The notes: generated by a model not told the origin, from the sequence alone. A stretch of DNA of 32,000 nt from Candidatus Saccharimonadota bacterium (GCA_030849405.1 CP116499.1:60001-92000), one strand, 5' to 3'; counted from the stretch's first letter, positions 1 through 10,665 are shown. Numbers and translations: made by a program.

Positions 1-193
1 AATATTAGGTGCAATAGGAATTATAGAAACTATTAATTTTATTGATATTAATAAAATACAAAATTTTTTAATTAATAATGGTGTTTGGATAAGACCTTTT
101 AGAAAATTAATTTATTTAACACCTCCATATATAATTAAAAAAAAAGAATTAAATACTTTAATTAATTCAATTATATCTATATTTAATAATTAG
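1..193 (+). CDS. bioA: adenosylmethionine-8-amino-7-oxononanoate aminotransferase (BioA), 3' end only; the 5' part lies upstream of the window
   Basis: Frame 2 is open from the window edge to TAG at 191-193. The translation ...NNGVWIRPFRKLIYLTPPYIIKKKELNTLINSIISIFNN matches the BioA C-terminus as recalled from E. coli (GVWIRPFGKLIYLMPPYII). It is absent from the ORF track because there is no start codon in the window. Confidence 0.8.
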   Translation, partial: ILGAIGIIETINFIDINKIQNFLINNGVWIRPFRKLIYLTPPYIIKKKELNTLINSIISIFNN

Positions 194-285
194 TATAAAT
201 ATAAAATTAATTAATTTAAATTAAAATATTTAAATAATTTTTAAAATAAATAAAATGTAATTTAATAATATATTTTAAGAATATA

Positions 286-2793
286 ATGATTAAAAATTTA
301 AATGAAATTCGTGAAATTTTTTTAAAATTTTTCAAATTTAAAAAACATAAAATTATAAAAAGTAGTAAATTAATTCCAAAAAATGATAATACTATACTTT
401 TTACTAATTCAGGTATGAATCAATTTAAAAATGTTTTTTTAGGTTTAGAAAAAATAAAATATTCTAGAATTGCAACTTCACAACGTTGTATACGGGTAGG
501 AGGAAAACATAATGATTTTAAAAATGTCGGTAAAACTTCTAGACATCATACTTTTTTTGAAATGTTAGGTAATTTTAGTTTTAATGATTATTTTAAGTTT
601 GATGCTATTAATTATGCTTGGGAATTATTAACTAGTCAAAAATGGTTTAATTTACCTAAAAATAAATTATTAGTTACTGTATATTCTTCTGATAAAGAAA
701 CATATAATATATGGAATAAATGTATTAAAATTCCTAAAAATAAAATTATAATAATTGGTGATAATAAAAATATTCCATTTAAATCAGATAATTTTTGGCA
801 AACAGGGAAAAATTATCCATGTGGACCTTGTACTGAAATTTTTTATGATAAAGGTTGTCATATTAATGGAAATTTACCAGGTCAAAAAAATATAGGTGAA
901 AGATATATTGAAATATGGAATATTGTGTTTATACAATTTATTCTTCAATATAATGGTAATATTAAACCTTTACCTAATTTATCTATAGATACAGGAATGG
1001 GTTTAGAAAGAATAACTTCTATATTACAAGGAGTAAATTCAAATTATGAAATTAATTCATTCAAAAAAATAGTAAATAAAATAAAAAAAAATTCAAATAA
1101 TAAAAATATTAATATACAATCAGTTTATATTATATCTGATCATATTAGAGCAATAGTTTTTTTAATTTTAGATGGTATTATACCATCTAATGAAAAAAGA
1201 GGTTATGTATTAAGGAGAATAATAAGAAGAGCATTAAGACATGGTAATAAATTAGGTATTAAAAATTTTTTTTTATATAAATTAATAAATTATTTATCAG
1301 ATTTTTTTGGTGATCAATATACAAAATTTATTACTAATAAAAAAAAAATACAAAAAATAATTAAATATGAAGAACAAAAATTTATATATTCTTTAAAAAA
1401 TGGTTTAAAATTATTAAATTTAGAATTTAAAAATATTAAAAATGGAATATTAAATGGAAAAATAATATTTAATTTATATAATACATATGGTTTTCCTATT
1501 GATTTAATTGAGGAAATTTGTATTGAAAAAAATATAAAAATTGATAGAATTAAGTTTAATTTATTAATGAATGAACAACGTTTAAAAACAAAAAATATAA
1601 ATAAATTTAAAATAAAACATAAAAATATAATTAATTATAATTACTATAATATTTTAAAAAAAAAAAATTTAAAAATAATAGCTATTTTTTATAAATTTAA
1701 TTTAATAAATAAAATTTATTATAATGAAAAAGCAATTATAATATTAAATAATAATTATTTATATTATAAAAAAAAAATACAAATTGGAGATCAAGGTATA
1801 TTAATAAAATTAAATAATATGTTTTTAATATATAATATTAAAAAATATAATAAAACAATTTTATATTTTGGTATTTTAATTAAAGGAAAATTTAAAAATA
1901 ATGATTATATTAAGATTATTATTAATAAAAAAAACCATTATAGTATTTTAAAAAATCATTCAGTTACTCATTTATTATATAATAATTTAAAAAAAATTTT
2001 AAATAATAATATTAAAAAAAAAAAAATAAATATTAATTATAAATATATAGTGTTTGATTTTTTATATAATAGTATTAATATAAATAAAATTAATAATATT
2101 GAAAAATCAATTAATAAACAAATAATATTCAATTTTCCTATTTATAAAAAAAAAATGTTAATAAAATTTTGTAAAAAAAAACATGTTAATTATATAAATG
2201 AAATAGGAATATTTCATATAAAAAAAAAATATTATATTAAAAAAAATATCTATAGAATTATAGCAAATACAGGTATATATGCATTTAAAACTTTACAGTC
2301 TAATAATAATATATTTAAAAATATTGTTAAATTATTTAATGTTAATAAAAAAAATATTAATAATATTTTAATAAATTTATATAAAAAAAAAAAAAAAAAT
2401 AAAATTAAAATAAATAAATATAATAATTATATATGTAATAATATTATATTTTTAATATCAAAAAAAATTTTTTTATTCAATAAAATAAATTTAATAATAA
2501 ACAATATTAAAATTTTTGATATAAATTTATTAATTAATATTATAAATAATTTTAAAAAAAAAATAAATCCATTAATAATTATTTTAATAATTAAAAATGA
2601 ATATAAAAATTATTTAATAATTAATACTACATTAAATTTAATAAAATACATAAGATTAAATTTAATAATGAAAAAAATAATTAATAATATAGGTGGTAAT
2701 GGAAAAACATCTAAAAATTTATTGAAAATAGAAATAAATAATATAAATATAATAAAAAAAATTTTAAAAATTATAAAATTTATATTTATTTAA
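286..2793 (+). CDS. alaS: alanine--tRNA ligase (AlaRS), 835 aa
   Basis: The N-terminal catalytic core is near-colinear with E. coli AlaRS (FTNSGMNQFKNVFLG, SQRCIRVGGKHND, HHTFFEMLGNFSF, PCGPCTEIFYD, DTGMGLERI, RGYVLRRIIRRA). The editing-domain zinc motifs HSVTH (1957-1971) and CKKKH (about 2170-2185) are retained. The rest of the C-terminal half is almost pure K/N/I. Confidence 0.95.
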   Translation: MIKNLNEIREIFLKFFKFKKHKIIKSSKLIPKNDNTILFTNSGMNQFKNVFLGLEKIKYSRIATSQRCIRVGGKHNDFKNVGKTSRHHTFFEMLGNFSFNDYFKFDAINYAWELLTSQKWFNLPKNKLLVTVYSSDKETYNIWNKCIKIPKNKIIIIGDNKNIPFKSDNFWQTGKNYPCGPCTEIFYDKGCHINGNLPGQKNIGERYIEIWNIVFIQFILQYNGNIKPLPNLSIDTGMGLERITSILQGVNSNYEINSFKKIVNKIKKNSNNKNINIQSVYIISDHIRAIVFLILDGIIPSNEKRGYVLRRIIRRALRHGNKLGIKNFFLYKLINYLSDFFGDQYTKFITNKKKIQKIIKYEEQKFIYSLKNGLKLLNLEFKNIKNGILNGKIIFNLYNTYGFPIDLIEEICIEKNIKIDRIKFNLLMNEQRLKTKNINKFKIKHKNIINYNYYNILKKKNLKIIAIFYKFNLINKIYYNEKAIIILNNNYLYYKKKIQIGDQGILIKLNNMFLIYNIKKYNKTILYFGILIKGKFKNNDYIKIIINKKNHYSILKNHSVTHLLYNNLKKILNNNIKKKKININYKYIVFDFLYNSININKINNIEKSINKQIIFNFPIYKKKMLIKFCKKKHVNYINEIGIFHIKKKYYIKKNIYRIIANTGIYAFKTLQSNNNIFKNIVKLFNVNKKNINNILINLYKKKKKNKIKINKYNNYICNNIIFLISKKIFLFNKINLIINNIKIFDINLLINIINNFKKKINPLIIILIIKNEYKNYLIINTTLNLIKYIRLNLIMKKIINNIGGNGKTSKNLLKIEINNINIIKKILKIIKFIFI

Positions 2794-2814
2794 ATATTTA
2801 ATTAAAATTAATTA

Positions 2815-2899
2815 TACCCGGAGCGGGAATTGAACCCGCATAACTATTTATGTTGAGGGATTTTAAGTCCCTTGTGTATACCAATTTCACCACCCGGGC
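2815..2899 (-). tRNA. leuZ: tRNA-Leu (anticodon UAA), class II with long variable arm; no encoded CCA
   Basis: The reverse complement GCCCGGGTGGTGAAATTGGTATACACAAGGGACTTAAAATCCCTC...GCGGGTTCAATTCCCGCTCCGGGTA folds as a cloverleaf with anticodon loop CTTAAAA. It is near-identical in its stems to E. coli leuZ as recalled. It forms a GC island in AT-rich DNA. Confidence 0.9.
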
Positions 2900-2906
2900 T
2901 AAGATA

Positions 2907-2977
2907 AAGCGCGTTCCGGAATTGAACCGGACTACACGGATTTGCAATCCGCTACATAACCACTTTGTTAACGCGCT
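2907..2977 (-). tRNA. cysT: tRNA-Cys (anticodon GCA); no encoded CCA
   Basis: The reverse complement AGCGCGTTAACAAAGTGGTTATGTAGCGGATTGCAAATCCGTGTAGTCCGGTTCAATTCCGGAACGCGCTT has anticodon loop TTGCAAA and discriminator U, as expected for tRNA-Cys. It closely matches E. coli cysT, and the cysT-leuZ order is as in E. coli. Confidence 0.9.
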
Positions 2978-3172
2978 ATTTTAAATAATATTAAATAATT
3001 TATATTATTTGAATAAACAAAAAAATATTTTTATAAACTATATTATTATTTTATAAAAATATTTACATGAATAATTTTATATGATTTAAATAAATAATAA
3101 AATACAATAATTTTTTAAAAAATATTAAATATTTAATTTATTTTTAAAAATTTTTATTTATTAAGTAATTAT

Positions 3173-3601
3173 ATGAAAACTTTTATAATTAAAAAAAAAC
3201 ATTTAAAAAATAAATGGTATATTATTAATGCAAAAAATAAAATTTTAGGTCGTTTATCAACTGAAATAGCTAAAAGATTAATGGGAAAACATAAATCAGA
3301 ATATACAACACATTTAGATAATGGTGATTATATTATTGTTTTAAATGCTAAAAAAATTTTAATTACAGGTAATAAAAAAAATAATAAAATATATTATAAA
3401 CATACTGGATATCCTGGGGGTATTAAAAAAAAAACATTTAAAGAAATACTTTTATGTAATCCAGAAAAAATAATTAAAAACGCAGTAAAAGGAATGTTAC
3501 CTAAAAATATATTAGGTAAAAGAATGTTAAAAAAATTAAGAGTTTTTGCAGATAATAAACATTATCATGATGCTCAAAAACCTAAAAAAATTAATATTTA
3601 A
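3173..3601 (+). CDS. rplM: 50S ribosomal protein L13
   Basis: 142 aa. WYIINAKNKILGRLSTEIAKRLMGKHK...YTTHLDNGDYIIVLNA...YYKHTGYPGG is the L13 signature. The rplM-rpsI pair is conserved. Confidence 0.95.
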   Translation: MKTFIIKKKHLKNKWYIINAKNKILGRLSTEIAKRLMGKHKSEYTTHLDNGDYIIVLNAKKILITGNKKNNKIYYKHTGYPGGIKKKTFKEILLCNPEKIIKNAVKGMLPKNILGKRMLKKLRVFADNKHYHDAQKPKKINI

Positions 3602-3619
3602 TATATTGAGATTTATTAA

Positions 3620-4012
3620 ATGAATAACTATTTATATTATGGTACAGGTAGACGTAAAACTTCAACTGCACGTGTTTTTATGAAACCTGGTGATGGTAAT
3701 TTTATTATAAATAATAAAAAAATAAAAAAATATTTTACTAATAAAAATATACAATTAATGATTTATAAACCATTAAATTTAGTAAAATTAAATAATATTA
3801 TGGATTTATATATTACAGTTAAAGGTGGTGGTACAACAGGTCAATATGAAGCTATAAGACATGGTATTAGTAGAGCTATTTTAAATTATAATAAAAACTT
3901 AAGAAATATATTAAAAAAAGAAGGATTTATTAGTAGAGATTCTCGTAAAGTAGAAAGAAAAAAACCTGGATTTAAAAAATCAAGACGTAAACCACAATTT
4001 TCAAAACGTTAA
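3620..4012 (+). CDS. rpsI: 30S ribosomal protein S9
   Basis: 130 aa. YYGTGRRKTSTARVF, the GGG..GQ..A.RHGISRAL-like block and the C-terminal RKPQFSKR are typical of S9. It starts 18 nt after rplM. Confidence 0.95.
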   Translation: MNNYLYYGTGRRKTSTARVFMKPGDGNFIINNKKIKKYFTNKNIQLMIYKPLNLVKLNNIMDLYITVKGGGTTGQYEAIRHGISRAILNYNKNLRNILKKEGFISRDSRKVERKKPGFKKSRRKPQFSKR

Positions 4013-4038
4013 TAACTAAAATAAAAAATAATATTTTG

Positions 4039-4057
4039 ACCCGGTATATAACCGGGT
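4039..4057. terminator. GC-stem hairpin between the convergent rpsI and clsA genes (candidate bidirectional intrinsic terminator)
   Basis: ACCCGGT (4039-4045), loop ATATA, then ACCGGGT (4051-4057) form a perfect 7-bp stem, extendable to 9 bp with a G-T and a T-A pair. It is followed by TATTTATATT on the + strand and by CAAAATATTATTTTTT on the - strand. It is one of only two GC-containing intergenic hairpins I could find. Confidence 0.5.
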
Positions 4058-4111
4058 TATTTATATTAAATAAAATAATTTAATTAACTATAAAATTTAT
4101 ATTATTTTAAA

Positions 4112-5566
4112 TTATAATATTGGATTAAATATAAAAAAAAAAAATTCGAATAATTTATTAAAATATGATCTTTTTTTCCATTTTTTAAATTTAATTAATT
4201 TAGATTTTTTAATATATTTTTTTTGAATTTGAGATATAATATTACTAAAATTATTGTCTTCAATTATTAAAGTAATTTCAGAATTTAAAAAAAAACTTCT
4301 AATATCAAAATTAACAGTACCTATTATGCTAACTTTATTATCTATTACTAAACTTTTAGTATGTAATAAATTATTTTTAAATTCATAAATTTTAACACCT
4401 GATTTTAAAAGATCTATATAAAAATATTTACTGGCCCATAAAACCATTAATGAATCATTTTTATTAGGTATAATAATAATTACTTTTACTCCTCTTAAAG
4501 AAGCATTACAAATTTCTTTAATTAATTTATTTGTTGGAATAAAATAAGGAGTAGTTATTACTATTTTTTTTTTAGCTGAATATAATGCATTCAAAAAAAT
4601 TTTATGTATTAATTTATTTGAAATATATGGAATAGAAGAAATAACATGAAAATTTTGATTTTTTTTATGATAATAAGTTTTTTTAATTTTTATATAATTT
4701 TTTTTTAAAATAATTCTTTTACCAGTTTCCATTTCCCATTCTAAAGCATAAATAATACTAATAATATTAGATATTATACCAGTAAATCTTATCATTATAT
4801 CAATATATTTTTTATTAATATGAAAATTAATATCAATCATATTCATACTTCCAGTATATACTATATAATTATCAATTAATATTATTTTTTTATGTTGTCT
4901 AATATCAATACGTCTTATTAAAAAATCAAATATATTTAATTTAAAAGCTTTTATTATTTTAATACCAGCATTTTTCATAAGTATATAATATTTACTATTA
5001 AAAAAACTAAAACAACCAATTGAATCTAAAATAATACGACAACATATACCACGTTTTGAAGCATTTATTAAAGATTCTATTATTTTATTAACTATACCTC
5101 CTTGTTTCCAAATATAAAAAACAATTTCAATTTTATACTTTGCTTTTTTAATATCATAAATTATTTTTTTAAATATTTTTTTATTATTAGAAAATATTTT
5201 AAAATCACTTTTTTTAAAAAAAATATTAATACTATTAATATTATTTTGTTTAATTAAAAATTTAAATAATTTTGTAGTAACTGTATATTTTTGACTATAT
5301 GATTTTTTTTGTTTTTTTTTAATTTGTTTTATTATATTATTTATTAAAGATTTTGTAAATTTTATTCTTTTAGTTCTTAATTTACCTAAAGATAATTCAA
5401 CTATTAAAACAAAAAAAAAAATACTTAACATAGGTAAAGTATAAATTAAAGATAATAATATTATAACATGTATTTTATAAATAAATTTCATTAATATAAA
5501 TTCTATTATTATTATTATTATTAAAAATATTAATAATATTTGTAAATTTAAAATATTAAATTGCAT
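4112..5566 (-). CDS. clsA: cardiolipin synthase A (phospholipase D family)
   Basis: 484 aa. There are N-terminal hydrophobic helices and two HKD motifs (RQHKKIILIDNYIVYTGSMN and LLHTKSLVIDNKVSIIGTVN). The length matches E. coli ClsA (about 486 aa). Confidence 0.85.
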   Translation of the reverse strand: MQFNILNLQILLIFLIIIIIIEFILMKFIYKIHVIILLSLIYTLPMLSIFFFVLIVELSLGKLRTKRIKFTKSLINNIIKQIKKKQKKSYSQKYTVTTKLFKFLIKQNNINSINIFFKKSDFKIFSNNKKIFKKIIYDIKKAKYKIEIVFYIWKQGGIVNKIIESLINASKRGICCRIILDSIGCFSFFNSKYYILMKNAGIKIIKAFKLNIFDFLIRRIDIRQHKKIILIDNYIVYTGSMNMIDINFHINKKYIDIMIRFTGIISNIISIIYALEWEMETGKRIILKKNYIKIKKTYYHKKNQNFHVISSIPYISNKLIHKIFLNALYSAKKKIVITTPYFIPTNKLIKEICNASLRGVKVIIIIPNKNDSLMVLWASKYFYIDLLKSGVKIYEFKNNLLHTKSLVIDNKVSIIGTVNFDIRSFFLNSEITLIIEDNNFSNIISQIQKKYIKKSKLIKFKKWKKRSYFNKLFEFFFFIFNPIL

Positions 5567-5658
5567 TATTTTATTCTTATTAAAATATTTAAATAATATT
5601 AATAAAATTTATTATATTATTTATAATATAAATTAATATTTTATTTTAAAAGGATTTT

Positions 5659-7392
5659 ATGCGTACTAAATATTGTGGTGATTTAAATTTATCATATATT
5701 AATAAAAAAGTTACTTTATGTGGTTGGGTTGATAAAATAAGAATTTTCCGTAATGTAATATTTATTAATATAAGAGACTATAAAGGTATAACACAAGTAG
5801 TATTTAATTCTATTAATAAAATTATATTTAATAAAGCTTTAAAATTACGTAATGAATATTGTATTCAAATAAAAGGTATTGTTAGAAAAAAATTAAAAAA
5901 ACAAATTAATCAAAAAAAAAATAGTGAAATTGAAATTATTTGTTATTCATTAAATATATTTAATATTTCACAAAAAATACCTATAAATTTTGAAAAAAAA
6001 AATTTAGAAAAAATAAGTTTAAAATATCGATATCTTGATCTAAGAAAACCAGAAATGATAAATCGTTTGAAATTAAGAGCTAAAGTTTGTAATTATATTA
6101 GAAATTTTTTAAATATAAAAAATTTTATTGAAATTGAAACACCAATATTAACTAAATTTACACCTGAAGGATCTAGAAATTTTTTAGTTCCAAGTAGAAT
6201 AAATAAAGGTAAATTTTATGCATTACCTCAATCACCTCAAATATTTAAACAATTACTTATGATATCAGGATTTGATCGTTATTATCAAATTGTAAAATGT
6301 TTTAGAGATGAAGATTTAAGATCAGATCGTCAACCTGAATTTACACAAATTGATATAGAAACTTCATTTATGAAATATAAAAATTTAATTAAATTAATGA
6401 AAAAAATGATATATAATTTATTTTTAAAAATTAAAAAACAAAATATTGGTAAAATTAAAACTATTACTTTTTCCGAATCATTAAGACGTTATGGTTCTGA
6501 AAAACCAGATTTAAGAAATCCAATAGAATTAATTGAAATAAAAGATATATTTTTAAAAATGAATAAATTAAATTTTTTACCTATTGATTTTTATAAATAT
6601 AATAATAATATTATTTGTATTTGCATACCTAAAGGTACAAAAATTAATATAAATTATATTTATAATTATAATAAAATAATAAATAATAATAATTTATTAT
6701 GGTGTAAAATATATGATATAAATAAAAATTTATTATATATAAAAGGAAACATTAAAAAATATATAAATAAAAAAACTTTAAAATTAATATTGAAACGTGT
6801 TAATGCAAAAAAAGGGGATATGATTTTAATTGGAAGTAATGTTAAAGAAAAAATTTATAATATAATGGGTAATTTAAGAAAAAAAATAGGAAATAAATTA
6901 AACTTAATAAATTTAAATTATTGGTCAATAATATTTATAATAAATTTTCCATTATTTAAAAAAAATAAATATAATAAAATTTCTTCTAAACATCATCCTT
7001 TTACAAATTTAAATATAAATAATATTAATAATTTATATAATAACCCCCTTTTTTTTTTTTCAAATTCTTATGATATAATATTAAACGGTTATGAAATTGG
7101 AGGAGGTTCAGAAAGAATTTATAATATAAAAATACAAAAAATTATTTTTGAAATTTTAAATATTAAAAAAAAAGAAATTAATAATTTAAATTTTTTATTA
7201 GAAGCGTTTAAATATGGAGTCCCTCCACATGCAGGTATTGCTTTTGGTTTAGATAGGTTAATTATGTTATTAACAAATACTAAAAATATTAAAGATGTAA
7301 TTGCTTTTCCAAAAACAACATCAGCTAAATGTTTAATGACTGAAGCACCAAGTAAAATAAATTTAAATATTTTAAAAGAATTATTATATTAA
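5659..7392 (+). CDS. aspS: aspartate--tRNA ligase
   Basis: 577 aa. MRTKYCGDL..., LKYRYLDLRKPEM, FYALPQSPQIFKQLLMISGFDRYYQIVKCFRDEDLRSDRQPEFTQID, GVPPHAGIAFGLDRL and AFPKTTSAKCLMTEAPS are colinear with E. coli AspRS. An AAGGA Shine-Dalgarno motif lies 4 nt upstream. Confidence 0.95.
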   Translation: MRTKYCGDLNLSYINKKVTLCGWVDKIRIFRNVIFINIRDYKGITQVVFNSINKIIFNKALKLRNEYCIQIKGIVRKKLKKQINQKKNSEIEIICYSLNIFNISQKIPINFEKKNLEKISLKYRYLDLRKPEMINRLKLRAKVCNYIRNFLNIKNFIEIETPILTKFTPEGSRNFLVPSRINKGKFYALPQSPQIFKQLLMISGFDRYYQIVKCFRDEDLRSDRQPEFTQIDIETSFMKYKNLIKLMKKMIYNLFLKIKKQNIGKIKTITFSESLRRYGSEKPDLRNPIELIEIKDIFLKMNKLNFLPIDFYKYNNNIICICIPKGTKININYIYNYNKIINNNNLLWCKIYDINKNLLYIKGNIKKYINKKTLKLILKRVNAKKGDMILIGSNVKEKIYNIMGNLRKKIGNKLNLINLNYWSIIFIINFPLFKKNKYNKISSKHHPFTNLNINNINNLYNNPLFFFSNSYDIILNGYEIGGGSERIYNIKIQKIIFEILNIKKKEINNLNFLLEAFKYGVPPHAGIAFGLDRLIMLLTNTKNIKDVIAFPKTTSAKCLMTEAPSKINLNILKELLY

Positions 7393-7426
7393 TAAATAAA
7401 AATATTAAATATTAATAAAATTAAAA

Positions 7427-7454
7427 TTGACATTTTTTTTTTTATTATTAAAAT
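7427..7454 (+). promoter_or_regulatory. candidate sigma70 promoter for gapA: TTGACA-16 nt-TAAAAT
   Basis: A perfect TTGACA sits at 7427-7432, which is notable because G and C are rare here. A 16-nt T/A spacer follows, then TAAAAT at 7449-7454, about 30 nt upstream of the gapA ATG with a GGAG Shine-Dalgarno motif in between. -10-like hexamers occur by chance everywhere in this DNA. Confidence 0.4.
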
Positions 7455-7463
7455 TAATTTTAA

Positions 7464-8477
<1,014 letters not shown>

Positions 8478-8556
8478 ATTAATTATTTTATAAAATATAA
8501 ATTATTTTTAAATATTATTAATATTATTATATTATTAATTTATAATAAGGTATAAA

Positions 8557-8880
8557 ATGGAAAATATAATTAATATAAATAAAGATAATTTTGATGTAAA
8601 TGTAATACAATCTAAATACCCTGTTTTAGTTGATTTTTGGGCAGAATGGTGTGGTCCATGTAAAATGATGTCACATAATTTAAATGAAATATATAAAGAA
8701 TTTATTAATAAAGTTATATTTGCTAAAATTAATATTGAAGAAAATCAAGATTTTTTACAAAAATATGAAATTAGAAGTATACCAACATTAATTTTATTTA
8801 AACAAGATATTATTATAGGTAAAATTATGGGAGTTATATCTATAGAACAAATTAAAGAATTTATATATAAAAATATTTAA
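8557..8880 (+). CDS. trxA: thioredoxin 1
   Basis: 107 aa with the active site WAEWCGPCK. It sits immediately upstream of rho, as in E. coli. Confidence 0.95.
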   Translation: MENIININKDNFDVNVIQSKYPVLVDFWAEWCGPCKMMSHNLNEIYKEFINKVIFAKINIEENQDFLQKYEIRSIPTLILFKQDIIIGKIMGVISIEQIKEFIYKNI

Positions 8881-9025
8881 ATAATTATATTTTATAATGT
8901 TTTTAAAAAAATAAATAATTTAAAATTTTAATTAATTAAACATTTTTTTAATATATTAATTTATTATAAGTTTTTAAAATATAATAAATAATTTTCAATA
9001 AAACTTTATAAAATTTGGAATTTAA

Positions 9026-10198
9026 ATGTTTAAAAAAAAAATTTATTTACCTATTTTTAAAAATTATTCAAAAAATATTACAAATATTTATAGTAATGGT
9101 GTTTTAGAAATATTTAGAAAAGGATACGGATTTTTAAGATCTTTAAATAATTCTTATGTATCTAATAATAACGATATTTATGTATCACCTAAACAAATTA
9201 GACGTTTTAAATTACGTACAGGTGATACAATTTTTGGTAAAATTCGTTTTTATGATAATAAAAATTTTTACCCATCTTTATTAAAAATAAAAAAAATAAA
9301 TGATGAAAAACCAAATATTAAAAAAAAAACTATTTATTTTAAAAATTTAACTCCATTACATACAACTAAAAAATTATATATGGAAAGAGGTAATGGTTTA
9401 ATTTCTGATTTAACATCTCGTATTTTAGATCTTGCTTCACCTATTGGTAAAGGTCAACGAGGATTAATTGTAGCACCTCCTAAAGCAGGTAAAACAATGT
9501 TATTAAAAAGTATTGCACAAAGTATAGTACATAATCATCCAGATTGTTTTTTGATAGTTTTATTAATTGATGAAAGACCAGAAGAGGTAACTGAAATGTT
9601 AAGATCAGTAAAAGGAGAAATAATAGCATCAACATTCGATGAATTACCAACAAGACATATTTATATTTCAGAAATGGTATTAGAAAAAGCAAAAAGATTA
9701 GTTGAATTAAAACATGATGTAGTAATTTTATTAGATTCAATAACACGTTTAGCTAGAGCATATAATTCAATAGCCCCAGTATCTGGAAAAATATTAACAG
9801 GTGGAATAGATTCAAAAGCATTGCATAGACCTAAAAGATTTTTTGGAACTGCTAGAAATGTTGAAGAAGGAGGTAGTTTAACTATTATTGCAACAGCTTT
9901 AATTGATACTGGTTCTAAAATGGATGAAGTAATATATGAAGAATTTAAAGGTACAGGTAATATGGAATTACATTTATCACGTAGAATATCAGATAAAAGA
10001 ATTTATCCTGCTATTAATTATAATAGATCTGGAACTAGAAAAGAAGAATTATTAACTACAATAGAAGAATTAAAAAAAATGTGGATATTAAGAAAAATTG
10101 TAAATATGATGGATGAAACAGATGCGATAGAATTTCTTTCAAAAAGATTATCAATGACTAAAACAAACAGAGAATTTTTTGAAATAATGAAAAAATAA
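9026..10198 (+). CDS. rho: transcription termination factor Rho (N-terminally shortened, 390 aa)
   Basis: It is near-identical to E. coli Rho from GVLEI onward ([25 protein letters not shown], Walker [62 protein letters not shown]). Only 24 aa precede GVLEI, versus 52 in E. coli. Confidence 0.95.
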   Translation: MFKKKIYLPIFKNYSKNITNIYSNGVLEIFRKGYGFLRSLNNSYVSNNNDIYVSPKQIRRFKLRTGDTIFGKIRFYDNKNFYPSLLKIKKINDEKPNIKKKTIYFKNLTPLHTTKKLYMERGNGLISDLTSRILDLASPIGKGQRGLIVAPPKAGKTMLLKSIAQSIVHNHPDCFLIVLLIDERPEEVTEMLRSVKGEIIASTFDELPTRHIYISEMVLEKAKRLVELKHDVVILLDSITRLARAYNSIAPVSGKILTGGIDSKALHRPKRFFGTARNVEEGGSLTIIATALIDTGSKMDEVIYEEFKGTGNMELHLSRRISDKRIYPAINYNRSGTRKEELLTTIEELKKMWILRKIVNMMDETDAIEFLSKRLSMTKTNREFFEIMKK

Positions 10199-10254
10199 AT
10201 TTATAAATTTTAAAGTAATGTTTAAAATAAAATAAAATAAAATATTTTTTAAAA

Positions 10255-10665
10255 TTATAAATTATTATCATTAATCCAACTTTTTAAAATTAATTTAGAT
10301 GATATAGAATCTAAATAAATATTTTTAATTTTATGTTGTTTTTTATAAATTAAAATAAAATATTTTGCTTCTTTTGTACTTAAAGATTCATTATGAAATA
10401 AGACTTTAATATTAAATTTATTATAAAAAATTATAGAAAATTTTAAAATTATATATAAAAATAATAAATTTTTATTATTTAAATTTATTGGTAATCCAAT
10501 AATAATTAAATTAGGATTCCAATTTTTAATTAAATATTTAATTTTATTCCAATTAATTTTATTATTATTTATTTTTAAAGGCTTTAATAAAGATATAGTT
10601 TTTGTTATTTTTTGACTAATTGATATTCCAATTTTTTTAATTCCAAAATCAAATGATATAAACAT
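10255..10665 (-). CDS. ruvX: putative pre-16S rRNA nuclease / Holliday-junction-resolvase-like protein YqgF (RuvX)
   Basis: 136 aa. The N-terminal FDFGIKKIGISIS matches the YqgF D-x-G-x-x-R/K-x-G motif and the size matches E. coli YqgF (138 aa). The remainder is degenerate. Confidence 0.7.
   Translation of the reverse strand: MFISFDFGIKKIGISISQKITKTISLLKPLKINNNKINWNKIKYLIKNWNPNLIIIGLPINLNNKNLLFLYIILKFSIIFYNKFNIKVLFHNESLSTKEAKYFILIYKKQHKIKNIYLDSISSKLILKSWINDNNL

Noticed and set aside
2160-2225. Apparent loss of the AlaRS editing-domain CxxxH zinc motif
   Set aside because: On first pass the region looked deleted. Re-alignment shows that FCKKKH...EIGIF matches LCGGTH...DIGLF with identical spacing, so the motif is retained and the deletion lies just upstream of it.
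3009-3037. TTGAAT-17-TATAAA as the rplM promoter
   Set aside because: It lies 136 nt upstream of the ATG, has only a weak -35, and sits in a region where -10-like hexamers occur every few bases. The evidence is not strong enough to list it as a feature.
8881-9025. rho leader peptide or attenuator (rhoL-like) in the trxA-rho spacer
   Set aside because: I could find no short ORF with a Shine-Dalgarno motif, no hairpin and no C-rich tract. The spacer is featureless A/T.
9480-9746. 88-aa ORF on the - strand ([15 protein letters not shown]...)
   Set aside because: It lies entirely antisense to the best-conserved part of rho. It is a leucine/isoleucine-rich reverse-frame artefact with no homology I recognise and no Shine-Dalgarno motif.
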